Positions 31,312-41,307 are shown, numbered from the stretch's first letter. The stretch: DNA of 64,000 bases from an uncultured Gammaproteobacteria bacterium (GCA_964427615.1 CAYRUR010000001.1:50425-114424); one strand, 5' to 3'. Numbers and translations are program-made. The notes: a model not told the origin generated them from the letters alone.

Positions 31312-31533
31312 TTACAAAGAGAGTAGTTCTGATAAGGAAATCTTTAGTGCTTCTGCAATTTTATGAACGGTATATATTGGCGGGTTACTCTCGCCTCTTT
31401 CAATCCTACCCATGTATGTTCTGTGAATTTCAGCATCATCCGCAAGATCTTCTTGGGAAATGTTCTGCTTCTTTCTCAGTTCCCTTATCCTTTCTCCGAA
31501 TCTTTTTAAAAATACATCCTTTGACTGCTTCAT
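31312..31533 (-). CDS. XRE-family helix-turn-helix transcriptional regulator (Cro/CI-like)
   Basis: QNISQEDLADDAEIHRTYMGRIERGESNPPIYTVHKIAEALKISLSELL is a canonical HTH_XRE. Confidence 0.8.
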   Translation of the reverse strand: MKQSKDVFLKRFGERIRELRKKQNISQEDLADDAEIHRTYMGRIERGESNPPIYTVHKIAEALKISLSELLSL

Positions 31534-31578
31534 GTTGAAATCGTATTCAAATGAACACTTGCAGTCTACACACGGAGA

Positions 31579-31788
31579 GTGTACAATACTCTCAACATTA
31601 TGATTTTTTCAAAGAAAAAGTGCCCAAGATGCAACAGCATAAACCTGAATAAAGTAAAGCCTAGTTTGTGGAAAAAATGGCAAAACGCATCAATGAACGT
31701 AATGTTCTTTCCATTTAGCTTATTAAGAAAACAAGTAAAGACTTTAAATGTGTGTCGCGATTGTGGGTTCTCTTGGGAAGATAGGTAA
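31579..31788 (+). CDS. Small zinc-ribbon protein
   Basis: 69 aa with CPRCNS...CRDCGF, two CxxC pairs. Divergent from the XRE gene across a 45-bp gap. Confidence 0.4.
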   Translation: MYNTLNIMIFSKKKCPRCNSINLNKVKPSLWKKWQNASMNVMFFPFSLLRKQVKTLNVCRDCGFSWEDR

Positions 31789-32071
31789 GTATGGGGAAAT
31801 ATAAGAGAGATTTTGAAAATTTTTACTATATCTTTTTACTAACTACGATACCTCAAAATCAACTTCAAAAATAGAATTTTAAATAGGGGGCATACTTTTG
31901 TAGAAGTAAAGAGACATACACGCTTACTCCCTTATAAACATGTTTTTCAACCTAATAAACTCTTATTTTGAATATCTTCCACTATATAATTGTTCATAAA
32001 ATCAGGTTATCTTGATATATCAAAGAGAACCTGCATACACACATTACTTTATCATTCAGATAATAAAGTAG

Positions 32072-33541
32072 TTGACAACTCTTTATCACTGGATTAATAT
32101 AGAGCTGATGGATAATCAAACTCACGAAAAAGTATATACTTACCTTCGGAATCAACTTGCACAGGCTGAAAAAAGACTTCAGGCATACACTGTAGATAGA
32201 GAAGGAAAACCATATTTGAAGCGAAGTGCAGCACTTGTACTTGAAAAGTATGTAAAAAACTTTTCTCAGAGTGGAAAGGAACCAAGATGGGTTGCTGTTC
32301 CAGGATTAAGAGGAGTGGGTAAAACCACATTGCTAGCACAAATATATACAGAATTAAGTTGTCCTCCTGGATATAAACTATATATTTCGCTAGATGAGGC
32401 GAGTCGTGTCCTTGGTGTAAGCTTAACAGACATACTTACAGTACACGAGGAATTGTTAGGAAAGCTCTATGAAGAACTTGATAAACCAGTATTCCTGTTT
32501 ATTGACGAAGTTCAATACGAAAAAAATTGGGGATTAGTTCTGAAGAGTATATATGACAGAAGTAAAAAAATATTTATCTTCTGTACAGGATCATCTGCTG
32601 TATCTTTACAAACAAACCCAGACGTATCAAGAAGAATTGTATTTGAAAAACTTTACCCACTTTCCTTTGTTGAATACATGCTTCTTAAACATCGTAAAAA
32701 GCCTATTACTGGCCTTGGAAAACAATTAAGAGACGCGCTAATTGCATCTTCTAGTGGAGAGGAAGTATATAAAAGACTTCTTAACTATCAGAATGATGTT
32801 AATAAGTACTGGATAGGAGTAGGAAGACTTGAAATTCAAAAGTACTTCAAATACGGCTCATTACCTTTTACCTTTCAGTTTACACAGGAACCCTTGATAT
32901 ACCAACAAATTGAACAGACCTTAACCAATATTCTTAACAAAGATATTCCTCAGTTAAGTAAATTTGAATCTGACACAATCACAAAAATGTATCAAATTCT
33001 TTACACAATCTCTGGTTCAAGTGTAACAAGCCTAAACTCCTTATCAAAAACTTTTAAAATATCAATTGTAACAATGGCAGAAATACTTGAGGTTTTTGAG
33101 AAATCAGAGATGTTACTTAGAATATACCCAAATGGATCACATTTTGGGCAAGTAAAAAAACCTTCAAAATATCTTTTTATCTCACCAGCATATAGGAGTA
33201 TGTTTTTCAACCTTATAGGTAGCACTTTTTCATACGATAATTACAAAGGGTTTCTTTTGGAAGATGTCGTTGGATTGTATCTCTATCGCACTTTGGGTTT
33301 AAGGTTTGGAACAAGCCTTACTTATGATAGTGCAGAGGGAGGAGCAGATTTTATTATAAGCTTTGATGATAAAAAAATAGTAGCTGAGATAGGTTATGGA
33401 AAAAAGGACTTTCAACAAGTAAAGACAACAATGAAGAGAGTTGGGGGTACATATGGCTTATCAATCTCTTCAACCCGACTTGCATTTGATAAAGACCAGA
33501 ATGTAATCTCAGTACCACTTGGCTACTTTTTACTAATATAA
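32072..33541 (+). CDS. AAA+ superfamily ATPase of the COG1373 / AAA_14-DUF4143 type
   Basis: Walker A VPGLRGVGKTTLL, Walker B FLFIDEVQY, and a C-terminal DUF4143-like region. 489 aa. Confidence 0.65.
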   Translation: MTTLYHWINIELMDNQTHEKVYTYLRNQLAQAEKRLQAYTVDREGKPYLKRSAALVLEKYVKNFSQSGKEPRWVAVPGLRGVGKTTLLAQIYTELSCPPGYKLYISLDEASRVLGVSLTDILTVHEELLGKLYEELDKPVFLFIDEVQYEKNWGLVLKSIYDRSKKIFIFCTGSSAVSLQTNPDVSRRIVFEKLYPLSFVEYMLLKHRKKPITGLGKQLRDALIASSSGEEVYKRLLNYQNDVNKYWIGVGRLEIQKYFKYGSLPFTFQFTQEPLIYQQIEQTLTNILNKDIPQLSKFESDTITKMYQILYTISGSSVTSLNSLSKTFKISIVTMAEILEVFEKSEMLLRIYPNGSHFGQVKKPSKYLFISPAYRSMFFNLIGSTFSYDNYKGFLLEDVVGLYLYRTLGLRFGTSLTYDSAEGGADFIISFDDKKIVAEIGYGKKDFQQVKTTMKRVGGTYGLSISSTRLAFDKDQNVISVPLGYFLLI

Positions 33542-33705
33542 CTAATCTTATGCAATAAGTTGGAGATTAATTTCATATCCTAACTCTGCTACTATTTTTA
33601 TGGGTCACACGTTTGTTCATTGCATGCTTCTGAGAACTAAGAAGAAATAATGAGCTATTTAAGAGCAGAGAAATGGAATTAAAGTAATCATAAGGTTATT
33701 TTGTT

Positions 33706-34659
33706 TTGAATAATTCTACTTGTAGAGGATATTCCTTCATGCCAAGACATAACAAAAAACATCACAAAATCCCAAAAACATATCTTGAAAGATTCACTGA
33801 TTCTGAAGGGTTTGTATGGATTGCAGATAGAAATCTCAATCTCTATCCCCAGAAACCAATAAACACTCTTACTGAAAATGATTATTACACAATACGGTTT
33901 AGAACAGGCGGTGGAACCCTTAATGTTGAAACAAAATTTTTAGGAGGAATAGAGACAAGATATTCAAAAATATATAAGCAAAAACTTGAAGGACAACAGC
34001 CCATATCTCAAGAGGACAAAGCAAAACTTTCAATATTTGTTGCCTCTATGTTGGAACGTCAACCAATGACACGACAGTCTCTTGAGAAGTTTTTCTCAGA
34101 AATTGAAGAACATATAACTCACATGAGAGGTTTACCAGACCATGTTAAGGAAAAAATGGCATCGGTTCCCGTGCTCTCTGGAAGTGGTCCATCATTCTCT
34201 GCGGATGAATTACTTGAAGCTGGGAAAGATGTCAGTTCACTTCACTCATCTCTTATACCCGACACTGTTGTTGATATTGCACCTATCATTTTTGATATGA
34301 AATGGGCATTTATGGTAAAACCAGAAAAATCAGAGCCTTTTATAACTTCCGATAATCCTTGTGTAATGGTTGACCCAGTGGGAGAAGCAGAATTCGGAAG
34401 GGGAACGTTTGGCGCAGCTCCAGGGTTTGTAAAAAAACATATAGAACTTACTCTGCCATTATCCAAGAATATGGCTCTCTTATGTGGATGGAAACTGGAG
34501 CATGACTGTTTTTACATAACAGTACCAGAAGGGCAGGTCAAAAACATAAATTTAAGGACAAAACGACACGCAGATTATGTTATTGGACACGATAAGAAAA
34601 TGCTCGAAGAAATGATAGAGAGAGTGAAAGCTTTTGAGAGAAAAACAGGCTCAAAATGA
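33706..34659 (+). CDS. DUF4238-like protein (a family reported as an antiphage gene)
   Basis: N-terminal NKKHHKIPKTYLERF resembles the conserved HH.P..YL..F start of DUF4238. 317 aa. The probable true start is the MPRHNKK ATG at 33739. Confidence 0.45.
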   Translation: MNNSTCRGYSFMPRHNKKHHKIPKTYLERFTDSEGFVWIADRNLNLYPQKPINTLTENDYYTIRFRTGGGTLNVETKFLGGIETRYSKIYKQKLEGQQPISQEDKAKLSIFVASMLERQPMTRQSLEKFFSEIEEHITHMRGLPDHVKEKMASVPVLSGSGPSFSADELLEAGKDVSSLHSSLIPDTVVDIAPIIFDMKWAFMVKPEKSEPFITSDNPCVMVDPVGEAEFGRGTFGAAPGFVKKHIELTLPLSKNMALLCGWKLEHDCFYITVPEGQVKNINLRTKRHADYVIGHDKKMLEEMIERVKAFERKTGSK

Positions 34660-34771
34660 TATATAGAAATTTCTTATATTGTCCTACATGCGGAACCAAC
34701 TATTTAGATTCAGAATTCTAGTACCCCACATGAGGCAGTAGAAACTCTGGTATACTTTTTGTGAAAATATA

Positions 34772-35464
34772 ATGAATAAGTCAGTAATCTACGCACGAGC
34801 ATTTGGAAAGCTCTACAAGCTATTTGATATTGTACTGAGAAACGATGAATCAATATACTTATACTTTCCAAGAAGAAAAGGCTACATTATAAAGAATAAG
34901 CAGGATATAGACCTTGGTGGCCAACAGAGCAAAACTTTTACCTTTAACAAGAATGTTCATGATAGAGTTACTAATCCATATGTGTCATTTCATCCAGGTA
35001 AAGGAGTAATACATGTGAATGCATTTAATGAAGAGAAAAAGATAGTACCTTTTCTTAAAGATAGAATGAGTCATTCTTTTAATGAGATATTAGATTCACA
35101 AACGTTTTTTCCTATACTAACAGTCCTTATCCCACCTGACATATTCAGCTTTGACAGTTTTGATGTACCACACAAGAATAATCTTATAGCTAACATTCCA
35201 CCTAATTTTCCCAAGGCTCTTTCAGTTGACTTAATAATCCATGAAAAGGGTGGTTATGTTGATAAGACTGAGCTGCCTTATGCAAGATTAAGAGATTTAG
35301 CTTTTATGGCTCATCTAAAAGATATACATACAAATAAAATCTCTTATACATTAGTTTTTAACAATGTTGAGGTGAGTGGTGAAGAGCTTTCAAGAGAAGT
35401 AATTACAATTATATGGAACAAGGAGATGCCGTTTTCTTTCTGTCTGAAGCCTCTTAAGGATTAG
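34772..35464 (+). CDS. Hypothetical protein
   Basis: 230 aa uninterrupted ORF with no recognised motif. Its stop overlaps the stop of the convergent recombinase fragment by 4 nt. Confidence 0.4.
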   Translation: MNKSVIYARAFGKLYKLFDIVLRNDESIYLYFPRRKGYIIKNKQDIDLGGQQSKTFTFNKNVHDRVTNPYVSFHPGKGVIHVNAFNEEKKIVPFLKDRMSHSFNEILDSQTFFPILTVLIPPDIFSFDSFDVPHKNNLIANIPPNFPKALSVDLIIHEKGGYVDKTELPYARLRDLAFMAHLKDIHTNKISYTLVFNNVEVSGEELSREVITIIWNKEMPFSFCLKPLKD

Positions 35465-36816
35465 GAAACAGACAAATAATAGGTTCTGATTGAGTCCATC
35501 AGGCGGAGCCAGAGTTCTCTTATCCGAACCAAGTCCATGTCTATGCAGGCTTGGAAGGCTTCGGTATAAGTGATATCAATGATTTTTTTGTTCTTAATCC
35601 AGATTTTTTGGATAAACCACTTCAGGAATTGTTTCCTCTCATTTTTGGTAAACGATTTATACAGTGCTGGTAAATCTTTTAGGGTGTTTATAATGGTATC
35701 TATCTTTTGCTCGTCTAAATTAGCGGATGGCCTTTTCAGTTTAGCAATTTTACCTTCAACTGCTTTCAGCTCTTCTCGTAATGGCACATATTTTGGTTCA
35801 ATTCGTTCTTTAGGAACCAGTTCTGATATTAACTGATCCTCCAGCTTATCCTTTTTCTTTTCGATAATTCTTTTACGATCTTCCAAGGCTTTAATTTGAC
35901 CTTGAATATCTTTACCTTGGGATCTCATGACATCCTCAAGCTCTGTCCGCAAAGCTCGTAAGAATCGTTCTCCAAATTTAATACCAGCAATATGGTCTTC
36001 GAGTTGTTTATGAACATCTTCCATGGGAGCATAAGGTTGAGTACATTTTATCTTTCTGTTTTTTGGCCCCATACATCGGTAATAACGGATTATTAACCCA
36101 CTTGGTTTTTTGTGCTCCTCACCGCTCATTAAAGTAGTGCATTCTTTACAAAAGACCATACCAGCCAGGAAAAAATTATGTTTTCTGGTTCTATCAGCGC
36201 CTTTATTGTGTTCTGCAAGCATAGCTTTTGCCTTATTTATATCATCCATCTCTACTACTTTAGGGTGGTGCCCTGGGTAAACCTTGCCCAAATATAAAAC
36301 TTTCCCTGCATATCTGACATCAGTAAGGATCGTATGAATTAAGCTATGACTTACTCTTTTACCATTAGGAGAGCGGAATCCTTCTTGATATAATTCTTCC
36401 TCTAACGTATAGACCGAAGGTGAAAGCCGGTTGTTAAACCTTCTAAAAATCTCTTTGATAAAATACTCTCGCTCCTTGTCAATTTTCCAGGGTACGCCTT
36501 TTTGAAATGAGTTAATATAGCCAATTCGTGCTTGTCCTGGTTGGAATCCTTTTTCAGCAAGAGCGATCATGGTACGCCTTGTTTTCTCACCAGTTATTTC
36601 TCGTTGGAGTTGATTAGCACCAGCCATCACCAAATCAACAAATTTTCCTACTGGATCATCTCCAAAGTTTGGTTGTTGCGTAGCAATAAGCTCGATATTA
36701 TGTTTTTTGAGAAGTGCTTTAACAGCTAAGTGATCTTGAGCATTTCTGGCAAACCGATCTGTTTCTTCCAGGAGAACGATATTTACATCCTTATCTGTAG
36801 GATATAATCGGGTTGT
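35461..36816 (-). pseudogene. 5'-truncated large serine recombinase that has lost its N-terminal catalytic region
   Basis: The ORF track shows a recombinase domain plus zinc ribbon from MVMAGANQ onwards. Manual upstream translation in the same frame gives TDKDVNIVLLEETDRFARNAQDHLAVKALLKKHNIELIATQQ (the C-terminal half of the resolvase catalytic domain; compare VDRLARN in the intact copy). The frame then hits a stop at 36817-36819 with no Ser-containing YxRxS motif upstream. An IS481-type transposase gene follows. Confidence 0.7.
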
Positions 36817-36835
36817 TTACACTTTTGGGAGGTGA

Positions 36836-37650
36836 AGACCTATCACAATTCATAAGAATACTCGATTAACCCCACATTTGCGAAAGGAGATATTTGAAAA
36901 GTATCATGTAGAGCGGATACGAGTAACTGAACTGGCTCGGCTGTATCATGTTTCACGAGTAACGATTTACAAAGTTTTGAAACGAGCTCGTCAGCAAGAG
37001 CTGTACCAACGCTCAAGTACTAATCTGCGTTATCGTAGTCTGGAGTATGGACTCAAGCGCTTAGCCAAGATCGAACAAAAACTTGAAGAAAAGCTAAAAA
37101 CACAGGCCAAACGTTATAACAAAGCCTATCCTGGTGAGATGCTCCATGTGGATACTTGTTCTCTGCCTCATCTACGGGGTGAGTCTCGTTTTACGCCTCA
37201 GGAATGTTTGCATATAGCCATTGATGATTTCTCTCGAGAGCTCTATGCAGCTATTCTGCCTGATAAAACAAGTGCTTCTAGTGCTTTGTTTTTAAAACAA
37301 GTTCTTGCTGAGTGTCCTTACACCATTGAACAAGTATACTCAGATAACGGGGTTGAATACAAAGGAAATCCTGATAAGCATGCATTTATGCAAGCTTGTG
37401 CAGAGCATGGCATTACCCAACGGTTTACCAGAGTCAGGACACCACGCACGAATGGAAAAGCAGAACGAGTGATCAGAACTATCTTTCAGATGTGGCATGA
37501 TAAGCATGAATTTACCAGTCGAGCTCAGCGGAAAGTGCTGTTAGTGCGTTTTGTCAATTATTGCAACACAGTTTGGGTTAAATCTTGTTGGATACGCAAC
37601 TGACGGATTCTATTTGCTAATTTTTTATCCTCTCGTTTTAACCTCCTCCT
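36836..37650 (+). mobile_element. IS481-family insertion sequence (boundaries approximate)
   Basis: Transposase ORF flanked on the left by the broken recombinase frame. Terminal inverted repeats could not be defined confidently by eye. Confidence 0.4.
36878..37603 (+). CDS. IS481-family DDE transposase (HTH plus rve integrase-core domain)
   Basis: N-terminal HTH RVTELARLYHVSRVTIYKVLKR, DDE core with HVDT..., SDNGVEY and TNGKAERVIRT. The apparent start is TTG at 36878; the frame is open from 36836. Confidence 0.8.
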   Translation: MRKEIFEKYHVERIRVTELARLYHVSRVTIYKVLKRARQQELYQRSSTNLRYRSLEYGLKRLAKIEQKLEEKLKTQAKRYNKAYPGEMLHVDTCSLPHLRGESRFTPQECLHIAIDDFSRELYAAILPDKTSASSALFLKQVLAECPYTIEQVYSDNGVEYKGNPDKHAFMQACAEHGITQRFTRVRTPRTNGKAERVIRTIFQMWHDKHEFTSRAQRKVLLVRFVNYCNTVWVKSCWIRN

Positions 37651-37809
37651 TTTTATGCGCTTCTTTCCCTCCTTCGATTCCATGTTTTTTAGTCTCGCAA
37701 GGAAGCAAATGGGTTACCATTAGCGCAAAGACAAGGAAAAGAGCTAAATGTATTGACTTTAGGATCTATTCTCGATACGCTTTTATATAGACCAGGCGCT
37801 AAGACAAAT

Positions 37810-38004
37810 ATGAAATTTCAAGTTCTCAACAAACATGACAATCCGAAAAGAAAGGAGCTTCTTAAAAAGGAACTACAGCTTTTTAAGGATCATCTCCAGA
37901 CACTTGCATGGCAATCTCACACCATTTTGAGTGGATTAAAAGAAGTACAGCAACGAAAACAAATAGAAGAAAAGATTAGACAGTTACAAACTCAACCAAA
38001 ATAA
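37810..38004 (+). CDS. Small coiled-coil protein immediately upstream of the MoxR-like ATPase
   Basis: MKFQVLNKHDNPKRKELLKKELQLFKDHLQTLAWQ...IEEKIRQLQTQPK. Ends 6 nt before the ATPase start. Uncertain whether it is expressed. Confidence 0.35.
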   Translation: MKFQVLNKHDNPKRKELLKKELQLFKDHLQTLAWQSHTILSGLKEVQQRKQIEEKIRQLQTQPK

Positions 38005-38010
38005 AAATGT

Positions 38011-39732
38011 ATGTCACAACCAACAGAGCCCCATATAGAAGATAATGTTAGAGGACTGGATCAGCGTGCCGAAAAACAACTTGTAAGACGAGAAATTTCT
38101 GAAGGTGTTAGTGAGTATTTTGATACTAAAGCAGAAGCTCGCACAGCAGCAGAGCATACACGAGGTGCTATTGGTCAGGATTTAAGATATGCCGAGGGAT
38201 TAAGAGATACGGGTGGGTCTACTGCTGAAACGGGCATCAGACGAATTAAGGATATTGCAGATCAGGTTGATACAGATACAGCAGCGTTTGAAGCAAAAGC
38301 AGATCGGTTGAGTTCTCCATACGTTATTTCTCCCCAGTTAGCAAAAGAACATAAAGTTGCAAGATTTCTTAAAAAACCACATTTACTTGAAGGTGAACCT
38401 GGAACAGGGAAAACCTCGCTTGCTTACGCCGTTGCAGGTGACGAAGGTTTGCCCTTAATTCATTGCCGAGGGAAAAGTACGCTAACTGCTCAATCAGTTA
38501 TGTATGAGGTAGATTATGTTGGGAGATTAAATGATGCCATGCTTGCACAAAATATCCCCGATGTATTACGAGGACAGACACAACAATGGGTCAAGTATTT
38601 AGAGTCTGGTGGGGATCCTAATGCAGCAGAATTCCAAAGTTTTATGGTTGGTTTTGAACACTCAGCAAAGTTATTAAATTTAGAAAAAGTATCAGATGTT
38701 AGAAGATACTTAAAATACGGTGAATTAGGAGAGGCTATTATCAGAGGAGCACAGGGTGAAAAAGTAGTTTTACTCTTTGATGAAATTGATAAGGCAAAGC
38801 GAGAATTCCCCAATGATTTACTTGATGAATTAGAACATCTAACTATACGAATCAGAGAAACAGGTGAGGAAATAAGCGCACCGAGAGAAAATGTTTTTGT
38901 TCTAATCACCTCAAATCATGAACGAGACTTACCAGAACCATTTTTAAGAAGATGCGTTTATAGTTATATAGATTTTCCTGATGCTGAACAAATGACAGAA
39001 ATTGTGAGGGCACATACTCCGGATATCAATGAGAGACTTCTTGAGAGCGCTGCAAGAAGATTTTACGAGATACGAGGACGAGCTGACTTACAGAAAAAAC
39101 CGTCTACATCAGAAATGTTAGATTGGGTACGAGTTCTCCAAGAGTTTGGAGTGGAAGAAGTAACTGACGAGACCCCATTTGCTGAAACACTACTTAAATA
39201 TAAGGAGGATCAAGATAAGTTAGGTGTCAGAGGGCGAAGAGAAGAAAAACTAATACAATCTGGTTTACCAGAATCAGTTGTCGCAGCACTCAATGGGGAT
39301 AAAGTAGTTCGCTTAAGAGCTGCCTCGTATTATGACCGAAATCCAAGCCCACAAGCATTAGTAAAATTAGCAAACGCTGGGTATCGGTTTACAACCGCAA
39401 AATCTGAAGACAGAAATGGCAGACCGTTTAATATACACGCCGATAATGTAAGACGAGTTGATGACTTAACATTTACTATTCTACCTTACGAAAAAACCAA
39501 GGATGGTACTATTACAAGCCCAAGTGATTTATACGAAATTTTAGAAGGAGCAGAAGCTATTGAATCAACAATGGAAGTGACAGATACACCAATAGAACTT
39601 GCTTCTATAGAAGATGGCAATGAGTATTTTATAAAAGGCAAAGATGCCCAAGGAAGAACAGTCTATCGAATGTCAGATGGGCGATTTGTCTACGAACAAC
39701 AAGTAGGGCAACATGCCAGCGAAAACTATTAA
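38011..39732 (+). CDS. MoxR-like (AAA_5) AAA+ ATPase with N- and C-terminal extensions
   Basis: Walker A LLEGEPGTGKTSLAYAVA, Walker B VVLLFDEIDKA, sensor region VFVLITSNHERDLPEPFLRRC. About 200 aa of unrecognised C-terminal sequence. Confidence 0.75.
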   Translation: MSQPTEPHIEDNVRGLDQRAEKQLVRREISEGVSEYFDTKAEARTAAEHTRGAIGQDLRYAEGLRDTGGSTAETGIRRIKDIADQVDTDTAAFEAKADRLSSPYVISPQLAKEHKVARFLKKPHLLEGEPGTGKTSLAYAVAGDEGLPLIHCRGKSTLTAQSVMYEVDYVGRLNDAMLAQNIPDVLRGQTQQWVKYLESGGDPNAAEFQSFMVGFEHSAKLLNLEKVSDVRRYLKYGELGEAIIRGAQGEKVVLLFDEIDKAKREFPNDLLDELEHLTIRIRETGEEISAPRENVFVLITSNHERDLPEPFLRRCVYSYIDFPDAEQMTEIVRAHTPDINERLLESAARRFYEIRGRADLQKKPSTSEMLDWVRVLQEFGVEEVTDETPFAETLLKYKEDQDKLGVRGRREEKLIQSGLPESVVAALNGDKVVRLRAASYYDRNPSPQALVKLANAGYRFTTAKSEDRNGRPFNIHADNVRRVDDLTFTILPYEKTKDGTITSPSDLYEILEGAEAIESTMEVTDTPIELASIEDGNEYFIKGKDAQGRTVYRMSDGRFVYEQQVGQHASENY

Positions 39733-39735
39733 CTT

Positions 39736-41307
39736 ATGTATGAAGGCGCAGAAACAAGTCCACAACCGCAACCACCTCATATCCCAGAACTATCTTCCCA
39801 GCAAGAAGGCGGACATGATTTCCAATATGACCCCGAAGCCCAAAGTATTCTTGTCCGTTCTGTAGATAGGTCAGGGACAATTAAGGAACAAAAACATCCC
39901 TTTCAAGAACTTCTTTACTCTCTGCGAAATGAAGGTGTTCAAGCTACAACTAGCGAATGGCTTGATCTTCAACGTTGTTTAGCAGAAGGCCAAGTACAAA
40001 GTCTTGATGACTTATATGTCATTGCCCGGAGCTTGCTGGTAAAAGATGTCTCAGGATTTCCATCATTTGATACTGTGTTCGGAAGAGTTTTTTATGGCGT
40101 TGAACCACCAAAGCCAAAAAATGAAGATGAATGGAGTGATGAATATGAAGAACCAGAAGAAGAGCCTCAACAAGAACGAGATCAAGATGAGGCAGAAGAT
40201 GAAGCCACAGAAGAACCTATTCAAAAGGAAAAAGAAGATATAGAAGAAGTGGTAGAAGCAACTACAAAAACTTCGGAAGATGTTCATGGTGGTGATGAGG
40301 CGACCAAAGACATAGAAGATTCTCCAAATGCTGCAAATGAAGGCAAGCAACTTGATAACCATGGTGCTGAAAAAGGAAAGAGTAAAGAAAATCAAAAGAA
40401 AAAAGGCGAAGGTGGAGGCCAACAGCAACAAAATGCTCAGGGTGGAGGTAATCAACAAGAAAAAGGACAAGGAGGCGGTGACAAAAATACTGAAGGAGAA
40501 GGTGGCGATGGTGAAAAAGAAAATGATGCCGGTGGAGGTAAAAGGTTAGAAAAAGCAGAAGGTGTAGTAAAGGAAGGAAAAGGTGGGTTTTCTGCTCGTG
40601 AACGAGTCATGGAGCGAAGGTATGATGGCTATGACAAAGACAAGATCTTAGGATATGAACAATTTAGCCAAGTTCTTGCAAAACTTACTACTATTATGCG
40701 TGATGCAACTACAATTAGGACATCACGATTAGATCAGCTTGCTACTGCTCGGAGTATTGCACAGCATGGCGGCGTACCAGAATTTGTTTGGGAAGAAGAA
40801 GCAGAGGAAAAGCCAAAAGTTGTTGTATTATTTGACGTTGGAGGAAGTACTGATGAATTCCGTCCTATTATGGAAAAACTTTTCGCCGCTGCAAAAGATA
40901 CTATTGATGAACTTGATGTTTATTATTTTCATAATGCTATCTACGGCGATGTTTGGCCACAGAAAGATGGTAACTGGGGGGAGCACTTTATTCCAATGCG
41001 AGAAATACTAAAAAGAGATGAAAACACCAGGGTTATAATTGTAGGTGATGCTTGGATGGCAGAAGGTGAGCTACATGGTGGAGGTTCTTATTATGATGAA
41101 CAAGAAAGTTCAGAAACCGGATACGATAACTTCAGAAAAATACAACGAACATTTCCTCATACTGTCTGGGTAAATCCGATTTTAGAAAGAGATCATGAGC
41201 AATGGGATAATTCAGGAACAATTGCAGACATTAAAGGTATTTTCCCAATGTATGATTTAACTCTACGAGGTTTAGAAAATGCAGTTAGACGTTTAATGGA
41301 AGAATAA
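39736..41307 (+). CDS. vWA-domain protein (partner of the MoxR ATPase) with a long acidic/Gly-rich disordered linker
   Basis: C-terminal VVVLFDVGGSTDEF (MIDAS-like DxGxS/T) ... IIVGDAWM. The central ~170 aa is E/D/K/G/Q low complexity (EDEWSDEYEEPEEEPQQ...GGGQQQQNAQGGGNQQEKGQGGG). Confidence 0.65.
   Translation: MYEGAETSPQPQPPHIPELSSQQEGGHDFQYDPEAQSILVRSVDRSGTIKEQKHPFQELLYSLRNEGVQATTSEWLDLQRCLAEGQVQSLDDLYVIARSLLVKDVSGFPSFDTVFGRVFYGVEPPKPKNEDEWSDEYEEPEEEPQQERDQDEAEDEATEEPIQKEKEDIEEVVEATTKTSEDVHGGDEATKDIEDSPNAANEGKQLDNHGAEKGKSKENQKKKGEGGGQQQQNAQGGGNQQEKGQGGGDKNTEGEGGDGEKENDAGGGKRLEKAEGVVKEGKGGFSARERVMERRYDGYDKDKILGYEQFSQVLAKLTTIMRDATTIRTSRLDQLATARSIAQHGGVPEFVWEEEAEEKPKVVVLFDVGGSTDEFRPIMEKLFAAAKDTIDELDVYYFHNAIYGDVWPQKDGNWGEHFIPMREILKRDENTRVIIVGDAWMAEGELHGGGSYYDEQESSETGYDNFRKIQRTFPHTVWVNPILERDHEQWDNSGTIADIKGIFPMYDLTLRGLENAVRRLMEE

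Noticed and set aside
37604-37790. Minus-strand 41-aa ORF (MESKEGKKRIKRRRLKRED...) and plus ORF 37551..37790 at the IS right end, considered as the missing serine-recombinase N-terminus
   Set aside because: Translation shows no resolvase YxRxSxxxQ motif. Likely IS terminal or non-coding sequence.
40046-40549. Three overlapping ORFs (65, 135 and 73 aa) within the acidic linker of the vWA protein
   Set aside because: Produced by the GA/AG-rich low-complexity repeats (K/E/R-rich or F/L-rich translations in alternate frames). The parent frame is continuous and domain-bearing.
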